Source: Parcubacteria group bacterium Gr01-1014_13 (lineage in GTDB: Bacteria > Patescibacteriota > Patescibacteriia > Magasanikbacterales > GWA2-37-8). Taken from it: a stretch of 64,000 bases of DNA. Position 1 is the stretch's first letter. Every line of letters begins with the position of its first letter. This document shows, in pieces, positions 19,400 through 28,406 of this stretch. The position numbers were made by a program, and so were the translations under genes. Below the pieces are notes generated by a model. That model saw only the letters and a list, made by a program, of their open reading frames with translations. It was not told where the DNA came from and searched no databases. The stretch covers positions 6,569 through 70,568 of the forward strand of contig VMGB01000004.1 of NCBI GenBank assembly GCA_007376295.1, in the 5' to 3' direction.

Positions 19400-20648
19400 C
19401 CGCAAAAGTGTGTTTGTCTATAATTGCTCGGGCCGGAGAATCAAACCCGAGTTTAATTCTGGCGATGCATTCCGCGGCAATCGCGCCAGCCATCGCTACT
19501 GTAGAACCAAGTTGGGGAATAATAGTGGAAGTGGGTATCTCTACTCTTTGTTCAATAATTGCCTTTAATTCACCGTGGCGATAATCCTTGCCAATCAAGG
19601 CGTCCACAAATTCAAAAAACGCATTTCTGTTTCCCGCTTCTTCATAAACTTTTTCCATTTTGGAAATTAATTCTTCGTCGCTAATACCATAACTCAAAGG
19701 CAAATTTTTATCTTTATCATAACGCAACACATCCAGTTGTACCGCAGATCCAATGTCCGTTACCATTACCATGGGTAACCCTCTTTTTCTAGCCTCTTGC
19801 CTAATCAAAATTTTTATTCTTGGGTCATCCACTTCCTCTACCACCACGTCTGTTCTTGGTTCGCCCTCATATTGCCCCAAAAATGAATCGATATTTTTCT
19901 CGTCTATACCTTCGTCATAAATGTAAACATTCAAAAACGGATCGACCGCATAAAGCTGCCCGGCAATAACTTTGGCTTTATTTTTAAGCGATAAATCCGC
20001 GACTGATGTTCTTTCGGCTTGGCTTTTTACCATTTCTCCGTAACTCAATCTTACCCGGTTGATATTTTCCATTTTATAAACACTCTTATCGGCGATCTTG
20101 ATATTTTTAGGACGCAAATCCATTACGGCGCAGTGAATCACATTGCTGCCGACACTACAACCCGCTACCGCTATGGTAGTATTCTCAAATAAATTACGAA
20201 TTTGCATCCAAGTTAATGAGTTTTTCGGGTCAGCCAATAATTTGGAGCTGCTGGCCACAGCTACCACATGATGCCAAAGTGGGGGGCAATATCTAACCAA
20301 TTCATTTCTTTCCGCATAATAGGCATAAAAACCATAATCCAAATAATTGCCTTTAATTTCAAAAAGTTTTTGGGCATAATTTCCCCATTCCAAATTAAAT
20401 TCGTCTCGCAATGTCTTTCCGCTAATATCCACGACCGGCGACGTAGCCGACATGGTTAATCTTTCGTTTAAACCAAAAATGGTGGCTTGCGTAAGATCAA
20501 ATTGCTTTTCCGGAGGGATAATTATTTGTTCCGCTCCGGATAAATTTAACACGGCATTATTCGCGTCATCATAAATTATCGTTTTATTTTTATGAGCTTC
20601 TGCCGCTTCCAAAATAATTGGTTTTAAAGATAATCTAGGACTAATCAT
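19383..20648 (-). CDS. E1-like/ThiF-family adenylyltransferase with ~170-aa N-terminal extension
   Basis: TIAVAGCSVGSNVIHCAVMD Rossmann GxGxxG, followed by KIADKSVYKMENINRVRL resembling ThiF D-x-D-x-V-x-x-S-N-L-N-R-Q. Start taken at MISPRL, overlapping the upstream stop. Confidence 0.55.
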   Translation of the reverse strand: MISPRLSLKPIILEAAEAHKNKTIIYDDANNAVLNLSGAEQIIIPPEKQFDLTQATIFGLNERLTMSATSPVVDISGKTLRDEFNLEWGNYAQKLFEIKGNYLDYGFYAYYAERNELVRYCPPLWHHVVAVASSSKLLADPKNSLTWMQIRNLFENTTIAVAGCSVGSNVIHCAVMDLRPKNIKIADKSVYKMENINRVRLSYGEMVKSQAERTSVADLSLKNKAKVIAGQLYAVDPFLNVYIYDEGIDEKNIDSFLGQYEGEPRTDVVVEEVDDPRIKILIRQEARKRGLPMVMVTDIGSAVQLDVLRYDKDKNLPLSYGISDEELISKMEKVYEEAGNRNAFFEFVDALIGKDYRHGELKAIIEQRVEIPTSTIIPQLGSTVAMAGAIAAECIARIKLGFDSPARAIIDKHTFAVKIYR

Positions 20649-21634
20649 ACGACTTGTTTTATTTTTATTCTTTTTAATTGTTTTTTCCAATTGGCCGCGC
20701 TAATAATTTTTAATTTGGAGCCGTCTGCTACTGACCGATCAAGCAATGCGCGCAACTCTTCTCCGGTTATTTTGGATCCGGGTATTTTTCCTTTCCACAA
20801 CAAAACCGCATTGATTCCGTAAATCATATTTAAAATTTCCATATAATTTGCTGTTTTTTTTATTTCCGGATTATAATTTTTTGCGTATTTTTTAATAAAA
20901 ACAATATTCAGTTTTTTTTCTTCAATTAATTTTTGTAATGATTTAAGCAATTGCGACGCATTCAAAAAATATCCGGGGAAATGGTAGGCCGACCAACTTC
21001 TATCCAAATATACCTGCTCTGGCCGGCATTTTAAAGTTTTATAAGCGTCGGGGAAAGACAAACTAAACCGAGAGCTAAAACGTAGTATTTTTTTTAAAAC
21101 TTCAGGTCTAAATACTCCCAAAAAATAGGAAAAGTGTGTTTCTGAAAAAAATTCTTTATTAATCAAAGCAAAAGCTTGAGCCGTATGCTTCATTGCGGAA
21201 TTCTTTGGCGCAATGCCGCACAAACGCGAGATAGCTACCAGTTTTGTTTGTAAATCATTGTCTCTAAAAACCAATTTATTTTTTATAATATTGACAATAG
21301 TTTTTCCGTTATAAACATACTGATTTAAATCTTCCAACAAGTGTGTATCCGTATTGCCAGGCACAAACCGCAAACATAACCATTCTTCCAATTTTCCAAA
21401 GCTGCTTCGGCAAAGAAAAATCGCGGCATTTTTATCATACTCATCAATAAGCGGCACTCGACCGTATCTTAAATAAGATTGGCGAGCAAGCTTGGTTATT
21501 TTTTTCAACACGGCATTATTCCAACTGGGCTGATATAAATTTTTTGCTTTATAAATTCGAAAAATAACCGATCCAATTTTGTATATTTTAAGTGGCCTAA
21601 AATTTTCCAAGCTCTTGAGCAGTTCTTGATCCAT
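20645..21634 (-). CDS. Hypothetical protein, possibly GNAT-fold acyl/aminoacyl transferase (FemABX or N-acyl amino acid synthase-like)
   Basis: 329 aa. LRYGRVPLIDEY and VAISRLCGIAP loosely resemble conserved blocks of LuxI/FeeM-type GNAT proteins. Start MDQELL at 21634 with GGAGGAG upstream. Confidence 0.4.
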   Translation of the reverse strand: MDQELLKSLENFRPLKIYKIGSVIFRIYKAKNLYQPSWNNAVLKKITKLARQSYLRYGRVPLIDEYDKNAAIFLCRSSFGKLEEWLCLRFVPGNTDTHLLEDLNQYVYNGKTIVNIIKNKLVFRDNDLQTKLVAISRLCGIAPKNSAMKHTAQAFALINKEFFSETHFSYFLGVFRPEVLKKILRFSSRFSLSFPDAYKTLKCRPEQVYLDRSWSAYHFPGYFLNASQLLKSLQKLIEEKKLNIVFIKKYAKNYNPEIKKTANYMEILNMIYGINAVLLWKGKIPGSKITGEELRALLDRSVADGSKLKIISAANWKKQLKRIKIKQVV

Positions 21635-21639
21635 ACAGA

Positions 21640-23340
21640 TTACATCTCCTCCACCGTATTGATAGTAAGCAGGTCGAGCGTGTTTTCCAAAACATTTTTC
21701 ACGGCTATACACAATTGTAACCTGGCCGCAATCAACTCTTTATTTTCCGCATTTAACACGCTGTGTTTGGTATAAAAATCGTTAAACTTCTGGGCTAAAT
21801 CAAAACAGTAGCGAGTAATAGTGGACGGATTGTACTCACGCAAAGCATCGGAAACTATTTCTTCGTATTGGGATAAAAATAACAGTAGCTGTTTTTCTTC
21901 TGGCTTGTCCAACAATTCATAATCGCCTTTTGCTTTTATTTTTTCATCTTTTGCTTTTTCTAAAATACTATTAATTCTGGCCACAACATACAAAATATAT
22001 GGTCCGGTAAATCCATCAACGGCCGTGGCTTCTTTGATATCAAAAGTAATATTTTTGGCCGCTTCATGTTTAAGCATATCAAACTTCAAAGCCGCCATAG
22101 CCAAAACATGCGCGGTTTTATTTACCTGTTTCTCACTCCAATCTGCATGCCTTTGCTTTGATTCCATTTTTAATTTTTCATAAACTTCATAGTACAAATC
22201 TTCGTATAAAATTACATTCCCAAACCGAGAAGACATTTTACCTTCTTTTAAATTTACCAAACCGTAACCAATATGTGTAAGTTTTTTATTGAAACCGATT
22301 ATTTCCAAAATTTTATACAGTTGTTTGAAATAAAAATTCTGCTCCGTGCCGGTGATTACAATACTTTCGTCGACATTGAATTTTTTAAATTTCTCTACGG
22401 CCAAAGGCAGATCGCTGGTCAGATACAGTCCAGCACCATTTGATTTACGTAGTAAGGCAATATCTAAATTGTATTTACTCAAATCAACTATCACCGCTCC
22501 CCCTTCGCCAATTTCAGCCACACCCTTAAATAAAAGTTCGTCTGTCATTTTTTGACCTCGATCTTTTAGATCTTTCTCATAAAACACGGCTGCGTGCTTT
22601 ACACCTAATTGTTTAAATATTTCTTCGAATTTTTCTATACTCCATTCCCTAGTTTTCATAAACAACGGCCAAATTTCTGGGTCGTGCTCTTCTAATTTTT
22701 TCTGTATCTCAGCCACTTCTTTGCCGAAATCTGGATTATCCCTTACTTGCTGGCTAGCTTCGGCATAAATATCACCCAGCCATTTTTGACAATTTTCTGG
22801 AGGCTGTTCGTTTTTATGAAATTTCAAAAGTCCCCACAAACATTTGGCCACGTGATTACCAAAATCATTTAGATAATTTACCGGATAAACTTTGTAGCCA
22901 TTTTTTTCATACAGCCGAACCAGCGTATTGCCGATGGCAACATTGCGAAAATGACCGATGTGAAATTCTTTATGAGTATTATTCGACGGATATTCAATCA
23001 AAACTTTTTTACCTTTACCCGATTTATTATCTCCGTATTTTTTTCCTTGCTTACCAATTTCTTTCACTACCAAACTTGCTACTTCGCCGGGTTGCAGATA
23101 AAAATTAACATACGGTCCGGCTGTTTCTACCCTTGCTACCATTTTTGATTTTTTATCTTTAATCTTTTCTTTTATTTTATCCGCAGCATCTTTTGGACTC
23201 ATTTGCCACTCTTTGCCGACACCAAAACAAGCAAAAGCAAAATCCCCCATCTCCGGATTCGGAGGAGTCGTTAGTTGCACATCGCCTTTTACATCTGCAA
23301 CAGCCAAAAGGTTTTTAATTTCTTTTTTTATTTCCTGCAT
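21640..23340 (-). CDS. argS: Arginyl-tRNA synthetase
   Basis: Class I HIGH (FHIGHFRN), anticodon-binding DALR-type C-terminus. 566 aa. Confidence 0.9.
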   Translation of the reverse strand: MQEIKKEIKNLLAVADVKGDVQLTTPPNPEMGDFAFACFGVGKEWQMSPKDAADKIKEKIKDKKSKMVARVETAGPYVNFYLQPGEVASLVVKEIGKQGKKYGDNKSGKGKKVLIEYPSNNTHKEFHIGHFRNVAIGNTLVRLYEKNGYKVYPVNYLNDFGNHVAKCLWGLLKFHKNEQPPENCQKWLGDIYAEASQQVRDNPDFGKEVAEIQKKLEEHDPEIWPLFMKTREWSIEKFEEIFKQLGVKHAAVFYEKDLKDRGQKMTDELLFKGVAEIGEGGAVIVDLSKYNLDIALLRKSNGAGLYLTSDLPLAVEKFKKFNVDESIVITGTEQNFYFKQLYKILEIIGFNKKLTHIGYGLVNLKEGKMSSRFGNVILYEDLYYEVYEKLKMESKQRHADWSEKQVNKTAHVLAMAALKFDMLKHEAAKNITFDIKEATAVDGFTGPYILYVVARINSILEKAKDEKIKAKGDYELLDKPEEKQLLLFLSQYEEIVSDALREYNPSTITRYCFDLAQKFNDFYTKHSVLNAENKELIAARLQLCIAVKNVLENTLDLLTINTVEEM

Positions 23341-23342
23341 AA

Positions 23343-24530
23343 CTATTTAATTTTTACGAAAAATCTGCTTCCTTTTTGAACCACGTCGCCTGATTTAACC
23401 TGCTCATCAATTGTTTCAACTTTCTTATCATTAATTTTTACTCCGTCCTGTGCAATTATTTGTCTTGCCTCTGATTTGCTTTTACAAATTTTTGATTCTA
23501 CCAACACCGTCAAAATATCCATGGCGCTTGGTTTGAGTTCGGGTATATCTTGTGGTTTGCTTTTTTCTTGAAATACTTTATGAAAATGTTCTTCACCTTT
23601 TTTTGTTCCCGTATCACCATGATACAACCTTGTTATCGCTTGCGCTAATTTAGTTTTAATTTTCATAGGATTTTCTCCTGTCTCTAACTGTTTCTTGTAA
23701 TTTTCAATCAAGCTCATCGGCTCATCGGTGGCCAGTTCAAAATATTTTATAATCAACTTATCTGGAATAGACATGACTTTACCAAAAATTTCCTCGGCTG
23801 AATCATCAAGTGCAATATAATTTCCATAACTCTTACTCATCTTTTTTTCTCCATCAGTTCCTTCTAAAAGAGGAATGGTTAAAATATCCTGTTCCGCCTG
23901 ATCATATTTTTTCTGCATTTTTCGACCCATCAATAAATTAAATTTTTGGTCTGTACCACCTATTTCTACATCTGCTTTAAGAGCAACAGAATCATATCCC
24001 TGTAAAAGTGGATACATGATTTCTTGCATCGCGATATCCGATCCTTCCTTAAGTCTTTTTTGAAAATCATCTCTTTCCAAAATACGCGCGACTGTTATTT
24101 TTGATGTTAGATCCATAAGCAGTGCGGTAAAATTTGGTTTACCATACCATTCACTATTATGTCTAATCTCAATTTTTTTAGTATCAATAACCTTCCCCGC
24201 TTGTTTCACATATGTCTTCATGTTCTTTTTTACATCTTCCACAGTAAGAATTGGTCTTGTAGAATCTCTTCCGCTAGGATCACCGATCATAGCAGTATAG
24301 TCCCCGATTAAAAGAATTACCTGATGACCGAGCTCTTGAAATTGTTTTAGCTTTCTTAGTGGGACAGCGTGACCTATATGTATCTGTGAACCTGTCGGAT
24401 CTATACCGAACTTAATTCTTAATTTTTTGCCAGACAAAAGTTTTTTTCTCAAATTTTCTTTTTCTATCACCTCTTCTACTCCTCTGCTTAGCAACTCCTC
24501 TATTTTTTGTGGGTCAGTATTAATTTTCAT
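23343..24530 (-). CDS. tyrS: Tyrosyl-tRNA synthetase
   Basis: GIDPTGSQIHIGH, KMSKS, C-terminal S4 domain (SKSEARQIIAQDGVKIN). Confidence 0.85.
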   Translation of the reverse strand: MKINTDPQKIEELLSRGVEEVIEKENLRKKLLSGKKLRIKFGIDPTGSQIHIGHAVPLRKLKQFQELGHQVILLIGDYTAMIGDPSGRDSTRPILTVEDVKKNMKTYVKQAGKVIDTKKIEIRHNSEWYGKPNFTALLMDLTSKITVARILERDDFQKRLKEGSDIAMQEIMYPLLQGYDSVALKADVEIGGTDQKFNLLMGRKMQKKYDQAEQDILTIPLLEGTDGEKKMSKSYGNYIALDDSAEEIFGKVMSIPDKLIIKYFELATDEPMSLIENYKKQLETGENPMKIKTKLAQAITRLYHGDTGTKKGEEHFHKVFQEKSKPQDIPELKPSAMDILTVLVESKICKSKSEARQIIAQDGVKINDKKVETIDEQVKSGDVVQKGSRFFVKIK

Positions 24531-24531
24531 A

Positions 24532-27138
24532 TTACTTCAAATTATTTAATTGTTCTTCTAATTTTTCTAATTTAGATTTGGCTTCGTTTAATTTTCCTTT
24601 TTCTTTCTCTACCACTTCTTTAGGTGCATTACTTACAAACTCTTTATTTAATAGTTTATTTTCCAGACCAGCAGTATATTTTTTTAATTCTGCAATTTCT
24701 TTTTCTAATCTAGGCTTTTCTTTAGCTACATCCACCGCTCCCGCTAAATCTAGCGAAACTTCTGCTCCAGTTTTTACAAATTCCAAACTTTCTAATCGAG
24801 CCAAAGATTTAATAATTTCTTGATTGTTTCTTAATAATTTTTCTTTTTTACCAGCATTAACATGTGCACCGATTTTTTTTGCGGGTTCAATTTTATATTC
24901 AGCACGTAAAGAGCGTATACTTGTGATTGTATTTATAATATCATTAAAACCCTTTGCTGTCGGATTTGCTTTCTTTACGCCCATCCACGGTTCAACCATC
25001 AAAGTTTTATCTGCACCATAAACTTCCTGCCAAATCGCCTCTGTTACAAACGGCATGTATGGATGCCATAATTTTAAAATTGTATTTAAAATATAGTTTA
25101 AAATTTCTGATTTTTTGCCTTCTACCTTCGCTATCTCTAAATACCAATCAGCCAACTCGCTCCAAGTAAAATCTCGTAATTTTTCTCCGACCATGGAAAA
25201 ATTAAATTCTTCAATATTTTTAGAAGTTTCTTGAATTACTTTATCTAATCCTTCCAAAATCCATTCATCTGCCAAAGTCTTGGCTTTTGGTTTTTTGATA
25301 TCAATCTTAGGATTCTCGATATTCAACAACATAAACCGAGAAATATTCCACAACTTGTTGGTAAAATTTCTAAAACCGGCAATTTTTTCTTCGGATAGCT
25401 TCATGTCATTTCCCGGAGTATTGCCGACAAGCAAAGATAAGCGTGTGGCATCAGTACCATATTTATTAATCATATCTAGCGGATCTATCACATTTCCCAA
25501 AGACTTGCTCATCTTCTGGCCTTTCTCATCACGAACCAAACCGTGTAAATAAACTTTTTTAAAAGGAATATCGTCTAAAACATAGGTGGTCATGAGTATC
25601 ATGCGCGCCACCCAGAAAAATAAAATGTCATAACCAGTTTCCATTACACTGGTTGGATGATAATTTTTTAGATCACTAGCCTTTAAATCCGGATATCCCA
25701 ATGTAGAAAAAGTCCAAAGCCCGGAAGAAAACCAGGTATCCAAAGTATCTGGATCTTGTTGCCAACCCTCACCTCTTGGCGCTTCCACACCAACAAAAAC
25801 CTCTTCACCCTTATACCAAACCGGGATTTGATGCCCATACCAAATTTGACGGCTAATACACCAATCACGCAAGTTATCTATCCAGTGAAAATATGTTTTA
25901 TTGAACCTGTCAGGTATTATCTCTATCTGACCTTTTTTATTCCCAACAGCCTTTTGCATTAATTGTTTTAAAGTTTTTTTGCCCCGGGATTTGATGGGCT
26001 TATTTACATCTATAAACCACTGAGTTTTTGGTAGCGGTTCAATTACATCACCAAACCTATCTGAGGTACCGACATTTTGTACAATATCTTCTTCTTTTTC
26101 CAATAAATTATTTTTCCTCAAATACTCGACAAATTTTTCGCGCGCTGCTAATACTGTAAGCCCGGCGTAATCTTTCCCTGCCGCGGCTGTCATTTTTCCA
26201 TCTTCACTAATTACTTGGATCAAACCGATGTCATTACCATCAGCTTTTTGTTTTTGATACATCTCAAAGTCTACAGAACTATGAGCAGGCGTTACACCCA
26301 AAGCGCCCGTACCAAATTCCAGTTCAATATTTTCATCAGCAATAATTTTAATTTTCAGCGGAGCGGCAGCGCCCACATCTACTACAAACTCCTGGCCAAT
26401 ATATTTTTTGTATCTGGCATCTTTTGGATTTACGGCCACAGCCGTATCACCAAGTTTTGTTTCTGGCCTGGTGGTAGCAATAGTAATTGGAAAATCTTTT
26501 GAATATTTGAAATAATATAATTTTCCTGGACGTTCCACATGCACCAACTCATCATCACTAACCGTAGACTGGCCTTTAACTGACCAATTGATTACCCGGT
26601 ACCCACGATAAATCAATTTATCATCATACATTTTTTTAAACACAGTCCGCACTGCTAAATTTCTTTTTTCATCAAGCGTATATGCTTCTCTGCTCCAATC
26701 CAGAGACGCACCCATTTTGCGAGACTGATTCACAATCGTGTCATGACTCTCTTGAGCAAAGCTCTCTACTCGTTTTAAAAATTCATCCCTGCCCAAATCA
26801 TATTTTGTTTTCCCTTCTTTTTCCATAACTAACTTTTCCACCTTGGCTTGAGTGGCTATAGCCGCGTGGTCCGTACCCGGTACCCACAAAGTACGATCGC
26901 CTTTCATGCGATGGTAACGCACCATCACATCTTCAATTGCCAACATGGCCGCATGACCCATATGCAAAGTGCCGGTAACATTTGGCGGTGGCAAAACAAT
27001 GGAAAAAGGTTTAGCGTTTTTCTTCGTAAACCTTTGTTTAACGCAAACATCAGGATTAAACAACCCTGATTCTTCCCATTTTTTATAGATATTATCCTCG
27101 TAATTCTTCGGCTCGTAGGCCTTTGACAGCTCTTTCAT
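24532..27138 (-). CDS. valS: Valyl-tRNA synthetase
   Basis: PPNVTGTLHMGH, KMSKSLGN, C-terminal coiled coil. 868 aa. Confidence 0.92.
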   Translation of the reverse strand: MKELSKAYEPKNYEDNIYKKWEESGLFNPDVCVKQRFTKKNAKPFSIVLPPPNVTGTLHMGHAAMLAIEDVMVRYHRMKGDRTLWVPGTDHAAIATQAKVEKLVMEKEGKTKYDLGRDEFLKRVESFAQESHDTIVNQSRKMGASLDWSREAYTLDEKRNLAVRTVFKKMYDDKLIYRGYRVINWSVKGQSTVSDDELVHVERPGKLYYFKYSKDFPITIATTRPETKLGDTAVAVNPKDARYKKYIGQEFVVDVGAAAPLKIKIIADENIELEFGTGALGVTPAHSSVDFEMYQKQKADGNDIGLIQVISEDGKMTAAAGKDYAGLTVLAAREKFVEYLRKNNLLEKEEDIVQNVGTSDRFGDVIEPLPKTQWFIDVNKPIKSRGKKTLKQLMQKAVGNKKGQIEIIPDRFNKTYFHWIDNLRDWCISRQIWYGHQIPVWYKGEEVFVGVEAPRGEGWQQDPDTLDTWFSSGLWTFSTLGYPDLKASDLKNYHPTSVMETGYDILFFWVARMILMTTYVLDDIPFKKVYLHGLVRDEKGQKMSKSLGNVIDPLDMINKYGTDATRLSLLVGNTPGNDMKLSEEKIAGFRNFTNKLWNISRFMLLNIENPKIDIKKPKAKTLADEWILEGLDKVIQETSKNIEEFNFSMVGEKLRDFTWSELADWYLEIAKVEGKKSEILNYILNTILKLWHPYMPFVTEAIWQEVYGADKTLMVEPWMGVKKANPTAKGFNDIINTITSIRSLRAEYKIEPAKKIGAHVNAGKKEKLLRNNQEIIKSLARLESLEFVKTGAEVSLDLAGAVDVAKEKPRLEKEIAELKKYTAGLENKLLNKEFVSNAPKEVVEKEKGKLNEAKSKLEKLEEQLNNLK

Positions 27139-27147
27139 AACTTCAGT

Positions 27148-27176
27148 ATTATAGTAAAATAAAGCTAAAAAATCAA
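27148..27176 (-). promoter_or_regulatory. Promoter TTGATT-17-TATAAT for valS, predicting a near-leaderless transcript
   Basis: -10 ends 10 nt before the valS ATG at 27138, so the leader is about 3 nt. No SD present. Confidence 0.4.
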
Positions 27177-27199
27177 ATGGTTTACCTCTCCTGGAGATG

Positions 27200-27228
27200 T
27201 TGACAGGTTATAGACCAACTGATAATAT
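27200..27228 (+). promoter_or_regulatory. Promoter TTGACA-17-TAATAT for the second DHH gene
   Basis: TTGACAggttatagaccaactgaTAATAT. Confidence 0.4.
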
Positions 27229-27263
27229 TATCTATTCCGCCTAATCATTAAAAATCGCTTAAC

Positions 27264-28406
27264 GTGGCCCTAAACGAAGTCCAACAACTTAAAAATTTGC
27301 TTGAGTCCAACAAGCATATTTTACTGGTTTTGAATTCTGTCCAAAATACAGACGCTATTTGCGCAGCTGTGGCCTGGAAAAAATGGCTGGAAAAACAACA
27401 TAAACAAGTGGACATTATTGCCGATAACTTTATTTTACCAAAAAATTTAAAATTTATTGTTGATACCCAGGACATTCAGCCACAAATATCTCATTTACAA
27501 AAATTTATTCTGAAGGTAGATGTAACCAATGTAAAAATTGATACTCTAAGTTATGACATCAAAGATAGTTGGTTATCTATTTACCTAACTCCAAAACAAG
27601 GCATTATTACTAAAAACCAACTACGCACTGCTCAATCTGGGCCAAAATATGATTTAATAATTACAATAAACGCCCAAGACTTAGAATCGCTAGGAAAAGT
27701 TTTTTTAAGCAACACTGATCTCTTTTACAAAGTGCCTGTAATTAATTTTGACACTCATCCTGGTAATGAACATTTCGGACAATTAAATTTTGTTGAGCTT
27801 AATAGCACTTCTACTTCCGAAACTGTTTACAAAATCATGAATCAGCTTTCCGCGTCATATATTGACGCTGATATTGCTACCGCTTTACTAGCCGGCATGA
27901 TTAGTCAGACCCAAAGTTTTAAAACCACTAATGTCACACCTTATACTTTGAACACTGCCAGCCAATTAATGAATTTAGGCGCAGACAGAGAAAAAATAGT
28001 TAAACATCTTTTTAGAACAAAATCGATTTCTTCTCTCAAAATTTGGGGCGAAGCCCTGACCCACATGGAAAGTGATCCGAGTATAGGATTTATATGGACC
28101 ACCATTACCCGCGAAGATTTTACCAGAGCCGGAGCTACTGAAGATGAACTAAAAGAATTGATAGACGAGTTGGTAAACAACTCTCCGGAAGCAAAACTAA
28201 TTCTATTACTATACGAAAACACTCGCGGCGAAAACAAAGTACATGGATTTCTGCACGCAGACAAACAACGTGATGCTAAAATGCTTTTACAATCCTTCCA
28301 ACCGGAAGGAAATAAAAAAACCGCCTCTTTCGCGGTTACCAACAAAACTCTAAAGGAAGTCGAATTAGAAGTAGTGGGAAAAATTAAAAAAATACTGGCT
28401 GTTTAA
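27264..28406 (+). CDS. DHH-family phosphoesterase paralog, divergent (no clear DHHA1 GGGH motif)
   Basis: VINFDTHPGNEHFG (DHH-like). Overall NrnA-like layout. GTG start. Confidence 0.55.
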   Translation: MALNEVQQLKNLLESNKHILLVLNSVQNTDAICAAVAWKKWLEKQHKQVDIIADNFILPKNLKFIVDTQDIQPQISHLQKFILKVDVTNVKIDTLSYDIKDSWLSIYLTPKQGIITKNQLRTAQSGPKYDLIITINAQDLESLGKVFLSNTDLFYKVPVINFDTHPGNEHFGQLNFVELNSTSTSETVYKIMNQLSASYIDADIATALLAGMISQTQSFKTTNVTPYTLNTASQLMNLGADREKIVKHLFRTKSISSLKIWGEALTHMESDPSIGFIWTTITREDFTRAGATEDELKELIDELVNNSPEAKLILLLYENTRGENKVHGFLHADKQRDAKMLLQSFQPEGNKKTASFAVTNKTLKEVELEVVGKIKKILAV

